Source: Sphaerodactylus townsendi
Lineage: Eukaryota
Length of the DNA: 64,000 bases
Direction: 5' to 3'
NCBI RefSeq assembly: GCF_021028975.2
Contig: NC_059434.1
Span: 28,334,001 to 28,398,000, forward strand
Position numbers and translations under genes: made by a program. Below, in pieces: positions 62,001 through 64,000 of the stretch. Each line of letters starts with the position of its first letter. The stretch's first letter is position 1. The notes beneath the pieces were generated by a model. It was not told where the DNA came from. It did not search any database and saw only the letters and a program-made list of their open reading frames with translations.

Positions 62001-64000
62001 TTCAAAAATCGTAACCTAAGAACACAAATTAGAATCAGAATCTGGGCACGCAGTGAACCAATCACGAGGCTTAAAAGCATGGAGATATCTGAGACACATA
62101 ATAGCAAGAAAAATAGTCTGATTTGATCCCATGAAGCTGTCCTATAAGTGTTTTAAGTGCTTTGGGTGGTCCATTTAGCCGTCAGGTGAAATGAGAAGAA
62201 TAATGAACTGGAAACAGACTATAAATTGCATGTAATAAAATGTGAATTAACTGGCTCCCATTTTCTTAGCTTTTGTGCTTCATCAGTCCCAGCATGTCTC
62301 AGCTGTTGCCTCAGGAAACACCCACAGCGCTGCATGACTCTCAGGTAGATATCTGTGTTCTACTTGGGAATTGAACTACTTGTCCTGATTTTCAGGAGGC
62401 TCTTTGTCTGCCTGATACGGCAAAACTAATTTTCACCCATTAGATATTGTCAGTATGAAGAGAAAAAGAACACTCAAACTATCCTTCTATACCTCTTTTT
62501 GTGGCATGGTTGTGTTTTTGACATATTTTGTCACCCGTCAGTACAAAACATGATAGATGGTTCCAAGCACTGGAAATAATGTGAAGAATGTTGTTCCTGT
62601 GTGAAGACAAAGTTCTATGCAAGCTTCTGTAATGCAGAATACATTTTTCCCCCCAAATCTGACATGTGCTTAATGGAAATAAGGTTACAACATAGCATAT
62701 AATTTCAGTTTTTAAAGTCATGCTCTTTTCCCATGTCTGCTCTGCACTTCATCTCCTCTCTTCAATCTCGTTCCCATTCCTCAACTCTCATGCTGCAAGA
62801 AATCTCCCAGAAAAGATAATGAAAGAAGAGATGCTTGTAAAGGGAAGCTAGCCACATGCCACTCTAATAAGTATCTTTCTCCTGGCCTCAGCAGGTGTCC
62901 TGAGGCATCAGAAGTACATATCTCTGTGAACAGCATAATGTTTGTGCCATTTGACAAGCTGAGAAAACCCTTAACTGGGTAAATTGAGAAAAGCTCCGAA
63001 AGGAGCCCCATGTACAGAGATAACAAGAGCTAAAGAAATTCTAGTCTGTGTTATGCAGGGCAGGAACAGAAACAGCAGCCACTGTGACAACCTGGTGGCA
63101 CAGTATGAATCCCTTGATATATTCTAATCTCTAACAGCCTGAACAGCCCTGTGTTGGAAAAGGGTCTAAGCAGAAAAAGAATGGAACGAGCAATCAGACC
63201 CAAAGGAATAATAGTAATAATAAACAAGAACCAGGCTAATTATCCTGGAAAATTGTCTTAAAGGGTGTCACAGTGACCTGCCTATATTTACTAGGTTTGT
63301 TAGAGAGAAAAAAAAAATGAATTCTTGATCTTGTTCATTTTTCTTTACATGCAGCAATGCAGAGGATGGAAGACTAGTAACCACACCAGCACAATGCAGC
63401 TATTGACTTAGGAGCTGCCTGTCAGCCACCCACCATTACCTTACAATTGGCAGGAACAGTTCAGATGGTAGAATGGTAATAGCTCCATGTAGACTCCCTG
63501 TTGTTTTCAACAGATTACTACCTTTAAAAGTGAGCAAGTTCAAATCCCCCCCCCTTTCTTTGTGACCCTTTGCTTTATATTTCATATCTGGCTATTTTGA
63601 CAGGCATTCTGTCAACTTCTCTAGGCCATGCGGCCAGATTCTGAGCTAATAGAAAACTGGATACTTGGGGTATGCTTTCATGTGCTGATAAGTACACTGT
63701 CTCCTTTCTGCCTGCAAAATACAAGAACCATGACCTTTGGGGTGTGCAGACCAATCAGATATTGATTCATTTTTGAGAGGCCTTGCTTAACAAATTGAAA
63801 GCTACTTGCAGGAAACATTTTTGCTTTTGTCTAGAAAGGCTATTGACCTCAGTGAGCATGATGAGATTAAAGGGACATCCCACTCCTTTTGTACTCTGTC
63901 TCACCAAAAGAAAAAAAAACCCAAAATTGTAACTTCATTTGCCTCGTGCTGGACCATCTTTGTTTTAGAATGTTCCCTAGTGCCTATTGTGCCTAGTTTG

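Overview
This is vertebrate nuclear DNA, most likely squamate and probably gecko, judging by the repeat families. I recognise no host protein-coding exon, so the window reads as a large intron or gene desert. It opens inside the 3' end of an endogenous retrovirus: a decayed env region, a polypurine tract at 1092-1105 and a 3' LTR at 1106-1586 (TGTAG...CTACA), followed directly by a Penelope-like element. The env region appears to carry two diverged tandem copies of an ASLV-type TM (heptad/immunosuppressive domain/CX6CC) module. Three Penelope-like fragments carry minimal hammerhead ribozyme motifs (1679, 11310, 37343). The rest is a mosaic of L2, CR1 and RTE/BovB fragments, tRNA- and 5S-derived SINEs, hAT and PIF/Harbinger-type MITEs (several nested, with readable TSDs) and candidate solo LTRs. 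Between these lie repeat-free, AT-rich, homeodomain-motif-rich blocks that look like conserved non-coding enhancers. Nearly all listed ORFs are spurious. Family names come from recall of consensus motifs, not database searches, and boundaries of old repeats are approximate.
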